From a virus (taxonomy: Duplodnaviria > Caudoviricetes), in the IMG/VR virus record IMGVR_UViG_3300048854_000081, positions 128,001 through 192,000 of that record: a stretch of DNA of 64,000 nucleotides, one strand, 5' to 3'. Of the stretch, positions 60,645-64,000 are shown one piece after another. The notes beneath the pieces are model-generated. The model did not search any database, was not told the origin of the DNA, and worked only from the letters and a program-made list of their open reading frames with translations. Position numbers and translations under genes: made by a program. Each line of letters starts with the position of its first letter. Position 1 is the first letter of the stretch.

Positions 60645-62342
60645 ATGGCTAATCCAGAAAATGGAAAAATAGTAAAATTCTATAAGTTTATTACTCCTGA
60701 ATCGCCACGAACTAGCGTCACTGACAGTCAAGATACTGTAGGTAATTATGGTTTGTATGGTAACTATTCATGGATGAATAAGCTTATGCAGGGTAGTTCC
60801 ATGCGCCTGCAACGCTATCGTGAATACGACATGATGGATGAAGACACCGACGTATCCAGAGCATTGGACATCATTGCCGAAGAAATCGTAGGAAATAATC
60901 CAAAGTCTAAACTTCCATTAGAATTGAAGATTACGGCTGGTGACGAACAGAATGTTTCCAGTACCACAGTTGTAACCCTGAAGGCAGCACTTAAAACGTG
61001 GTGCACTATTCATCGTTGGAATCGTCGTTTATATACAATGGTAAGAAATACCATCAAGTACGGTGATACATTCTTCTTCAGAAACAAGAAGCAGAACCTT
61101 CCAATGAAGTTCGTTAACCCTAAGAATGTTATCGGTGCCATCGTTAGCGAAGATGATGTTAATGAAATTGAAGGTTGGCAGATTCGTACCGATTACAATA
61201 AGGCTGTCCAGAACGTAAATTTTGCTATGACTGGTGCTTCTTCGGAGACCTATAACGTACAAAATTTCAAGGCATCCGAAGTTGTAAGATTCGGTTTACA
61301 TGATGATATGAGCGACGAAGCTCCATTCAGCTTGTCAATTCTTAAGGCTGCATACAAAATCTTCAAACAGAAGCAAATGTTGGAAGATTCTCTATTAATC
61401 TATCGTATTCAAAGAGCACCAGAAAAGCGCGTCTTCAAGCTAGAGTTGGGTAATACACCACCTCACCTAAGAGCACAAATGCTTGAGAATGCTAAGAATG
61501 AAATCAAACAGCGCAAGATTCCTACCCCATACGGTGGTGGTAATCAGGTCGAGTCGATTTATTCACCAATGTCAATGAACGAAGATTTCTTCTTCGCAAT
61601 GAAGAACGGTCAGGGTTCCACTGTAGAAACTCTACCGGCTGGACAGAACCTTGGTCAGCTAGATGACCTTAACTACTTCTTTAACAAGATGTGGAGAGCT
61701 TTAAGAATTCCTCAGTCATATATGGACAACACCACCGAAGGTGGTACACCATTTAATGACGGTAAGGTCGGTATTGCTTATCAGCAGGAAATCAAGTTCA
61801 CATTGTACATTGAATCATTACAGATTCACTTTGAAGATGTTCTAGATAGAGAATTCAAGAAATTCTTGCTAGATCAAGGTATCAACATTGATCCTACTAT
61901 CTTCAAGATTGTTCTACCTGAACCATCTAACTTCAAGAAATCCAGAGATAATGAAATTGATCAGGTATTGGTCAATCTAACAACTTCTGCCCTAGGTATC
62001 GAAGGTCTATCGAAGCGTTTCGTATTTGGTAAGTATCTACAGATGACTAAGGAAGAAATGATCCTTAATGAAAGAATGAAGGCTGAAGAGCTTGGTCTTG
62101 ATCCAAATGACCCACGTAACATGGCTAAGATTTACTCACCAGATAATGCCGATTCCGGTGGTTATGACGGTGGTCTAACCGGTGGCGGTGGTGGAGGTTC
62201 TGGCTCTGACCTAGGTAGCGATGACTTTGGTGGTGACGATACAGACACCGACGTAGACACCAGTGATGGTTCTGAAAACAAACCCGGAGACACTAAGGGT
62301 GGACCAGCCGGTGGTCAGGCTAATCAAAATAGCCAAAAATGA
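60645..62342 (+). CDS. gp20: Portal protein
   Basis: YREYDMM, LEDSLLIYRIQRAPEKRVF, EDFFF, VETLPAGQNLG, ALRIPQSY; CATAAATA at 60614-60621. Confidence 0.95.
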   Translation: MANPENGKIVKFYKFITPESPRTSVTDSQDTVGNYGLYGNYSWMNKLMQGSSMRLQRYREYDMMDEDTDVSRALDIIAEEIVGNNPKSKLPLELKITAGDEQNVSSTTVVTLKAALKTWCTIHRWNRRLYTMVRNTIKYGDTFFFRNKKQNLPMKFVNPKNVIGAIVSEDDVNEIEGWQIRTDYNKAVQNVNFAMTGASSETYNVQNFKASEVVRFGLHDDMSDEAPFSLSILKAAYKIFKQKQMLEDSLLIYRIQRAPEKRVFKLELGNTPPHLRAQMLENAKNEIKQRKIPTPYGGGNQVESIYSPMSMNEDFFFAMKNGQGSTVETLPAGQNLGQLDDLNYFFNKMWRALRIPQSYMDNTTEGGTPFNDGKVGIAYQQEIKFTLYIESLQIHFEDVLDREFKKFLLDQGINIDPTIFKIVLPEPSNFKKSRDNEIDQVLVNLTTSALGIEGLSKRFVFGKYLQMTKEEMILNERMKAEELGLDPNDPRNMAKIYSPDNADSGGYDGGLTGGGGGGSGSDLGSDDFGGDDTDTDVDTSDGSENKPGDTKGGPAGGQANQNSQK

Positions 62343-62381
62343 AATCTAAAGACATAAATAATAACTATCCTAGGAACAGTC

Positions 62382-62768
62382 ATGGAACCAAAAGAATATT
62401 TACAGCAAGTCGTTGATGCCATTATTCGTGGTGATCAGCAGCAAGCTAAAGATGCTCATCATGCATACATTGAGCTAAAAACAAAAGATATGCTTAAGGA
62501 AGATCATGATGTTCTTCTAACATCGGAAGGTCTTGAAACTTTTATCAAGACTCTCCATAAGCGTGCCAAGAAGGCCAAGAAAGAGGAAGCTTTCCTAATG
62601 TGTTTAGGTAAGCATTCCGGTCACGATAACTGCTCAGTTAAGGATTTTGCATCCTGTGCTGACCATCTAGCTAAGAATAAGAAGAAAGCTGACAAGTTCA
62701 TTCATGCCGTTGAGCATGAATTGAAGTTGGAAAAAGATGACCCTGCTAAGGATATTAAGGGCGAATGA
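62382..62768 (+). CDS. Prohead core protein (gp67-like)
   Basis: VVDAIIRGDQQQAK; located between portal and protease; CATAAATA at 62353-62360. Confidence 0.5.
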   Translation: MEPKEYLQQVVDAIIRGDQQQAKDAHHAYIELKTKDMLKEDHDVLLTSEGLETFIKTLHKRAKKAKKEEAFLMCLGKHSGHDNCSVKDFASCADHLAKNKKKADKFIHAVEHELKLEKDDPAKDIKGE

Positions 62769-62965
62769 AGATTTTAGATGTACTGTCAATCACCATTCCT
62801 AATGCTTACAAGGACAAAAATCCTAAGAAAGTAGCCTATAAGAAGGGTAAGTCCCCTTATGGTGCGAATGGTGCTCCAAGTTCTACGGACGGATCGGGTG
62901 CCACGGGTGGCGCATCTTCTGGTGGTCCTGATGGTGGTGGCGCAGGCGGCGGGGGTGGAGAGTGA
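62765..62965 (+). CDS. Small Gly-rich hypothetical protein
   Basis: Coupled to both neighbours by 4-nt overlaps. Confidence 0.5.
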   Translation: MKILDVLSITIPNAYKDKNPKKVAYKKGKSPYGANGAPSSTDGSGATGGASSGGPDGGGAGGGGGE

Positions 62966-63165
62966 AAAAAGTAAAGGCTGGATCATTCAAAGAATACGTA
63001 AACAATCTAAAGATGTCTCCTTATAATTATCTTATCTCAAATACTGAGGAATTTAAGAAAGAGGAAGAAGAGGCTGGGATTGAACCGACACCAGAAGAGA
63101 AAGAGGAAGAGAATTCAAAGTCTCTCCTACAATACCTTCTAGTAGCAAATCAAGTAAACCGATAA
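62962..63165 (+). CDS. Small acidic hypothetical head-module protein
   Basis: Contains SFKEYV; coupled to the upstream ORF. Confidence 0.5.
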   Translation: MKKVKAGSFKEYVNNLKMSPYNYLISNTEEFKKEEEEAGIEPTPEEKEEENSKSLLQYLLVANQVNR

Positions 63166-63178
63166 TTAAGGATTAAAA

Positions 63179-63652
63179 ATGAGTAATATTGAAGATTTAA
63201 AAACCGTGTTTGACAGTGTTGTAAAGGGTGATGATGAAGCTGCACGTCAGGCTTTTCATACATATGCTACCGAAAAGGCAGCAGAAATCCTAAAGAGCAT
63301 GAAGGAAGAGAAGTCTCCTATCAAGTTGAAGGGTGATGATGTTTACGTTGAAGACAAGCATGTCGGTTCCGTAAAGCATGATGTCGAAGGTGACAAGGGT
63401 TACGAATATACCTCTAAGGATGGTAAGAAGAAAAAGTTCGAAAGCCTAAAGGATATGTACGCACATATCGGTGTGGAGCATAAGCTACACGAAGGCGTCA
63501 AGAATTATGAAAAAGAGGTTCAGGCTCTACCAAATCGTGACAAGTCCAAGGATGAAAAAGCATTTGAAGACGGTATCGATGGTAAGCCAGACGGTAAGGT
63601 AAAGCGTAAGGCTAAGGTCGAAAAGCTAGTCAGTGACATCGAAAAGAAGTAA
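63179..63652 (+). CDS. Prohead core protein (second gp67-like)
   Basis: VFDSVVKGDDEAARQAF; AAGGA RBS. Confidence 0.5.
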   Translation: MSNIEDLKTVFDSVVKGDDEAARQAFHTYATEKAAEILKSMKEEKSPIKLKGDDVYVEDKHVGSVKHDVEGDKGYEYTSKDGKKKKFESLKDMYAHIGVEHKLHEGVKNYEKEVQALPNRDKSKDEKAFEDGIDGKPDGKVKRKAKVEKLVSDIEKK

Positions 63653-63666
63653 TCTAAGGAAAAGAA

Positions 63667-64000
63667 GTGGAACTATTAATCGAACGTTATACAAGCTCTG
63701 AAGCAAACATTATTACTGAGCAGATGAATGGTGGTAAGGATGTATTTCTTAATGGCCGTTTCCTTTCTGGTGCTATAAAGAATAGAAATGGTAGAGTCTA
63801 TCCAGTTAATGAAATCGCTAATGCGGTTAGAACTATTAACGAAATGATTCAGGGTCATGGTAGCGTCGTTGGCGAGCTTGACCACCCATCTAATCGTCTA
63901 ACCACCGAACTTAAGTATGCTTCGCATGTCATCACCGAGCTTCGTATGGATGGTGACCATGCAAATGGTAAGTTAAAGCTTCTTGCTACACCATACGGTG
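63667..64000 (+). CDS. gp21: Prohead protease, 3'-truncated by the window edge
   Basis: Hand translation from GTG 63667 (RBS AAGGA): KNRNGRVYP, GELDHP, SHVITEL, TPYG. Confidence 0.9.
   Translation, partial: MELLIERYTSSEANIITEQMNGGKDVFLNGRFLSGAIKNRNGRVYPVNEIANAVRTINEMIQGHGSVVGELDHPSNRLTTELKYASHVITELRMDGDHANGKLKLLATPYG

Noticed and set aside
1-64000. Alternative genetic code (stop-codon reassignment)
   Set aside because: The standard code gives long, densely packed, full-length genes using all three stop codons.

Overview
This 64-kb window comes from a large T4-like (jumbo-type) myophage genome. It has three parts. (1) A sugar-modification cluster (1-6849) holds two HtrL/WlaTC-like glycosyltransferases, a GT-A transferase, a NodU/CmcH-type O-carbamoyltransferase fused to an HtrL-like domain, and a GT60-type (polypeptide alpha-GlcNAc transferase-like) enzyme. 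(2) Replication and recombination genes include RNase H, a probable clamp, a family B DNA polymerase, a DsbA-like protein, a RuvC-like nuclease, a DinG-like helicase, gp47/gp46 and the late sigma factor gp55. (3) A virion morphogenesis module includes gp4, gp19, gp15, gp6, a giant gp7-like protein, gp25, gp5, a hub protein, gp53, gp48, gp26, a tape measure-like protein, portal, core proteins and the start of gp21. The leading candidate for an undescribed system is phage-encoded mucin-type O-glycosylation: five virion-module proteins carry Thr/Pro/Ser tracts that match known GT60 substrates, in the same window as the enzyme cluster. Other notable signals are a probable -1 frameshift extending gp26, a Hint domain at the end of the 3678-aa baseplate protein, late promoters embedded in start-occluding hairpins, and a 770-bp ORF-free region resembling a structured RNA plus replication origin. 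All assignments come from motif recognition by eye; no searches or folding programs were run.
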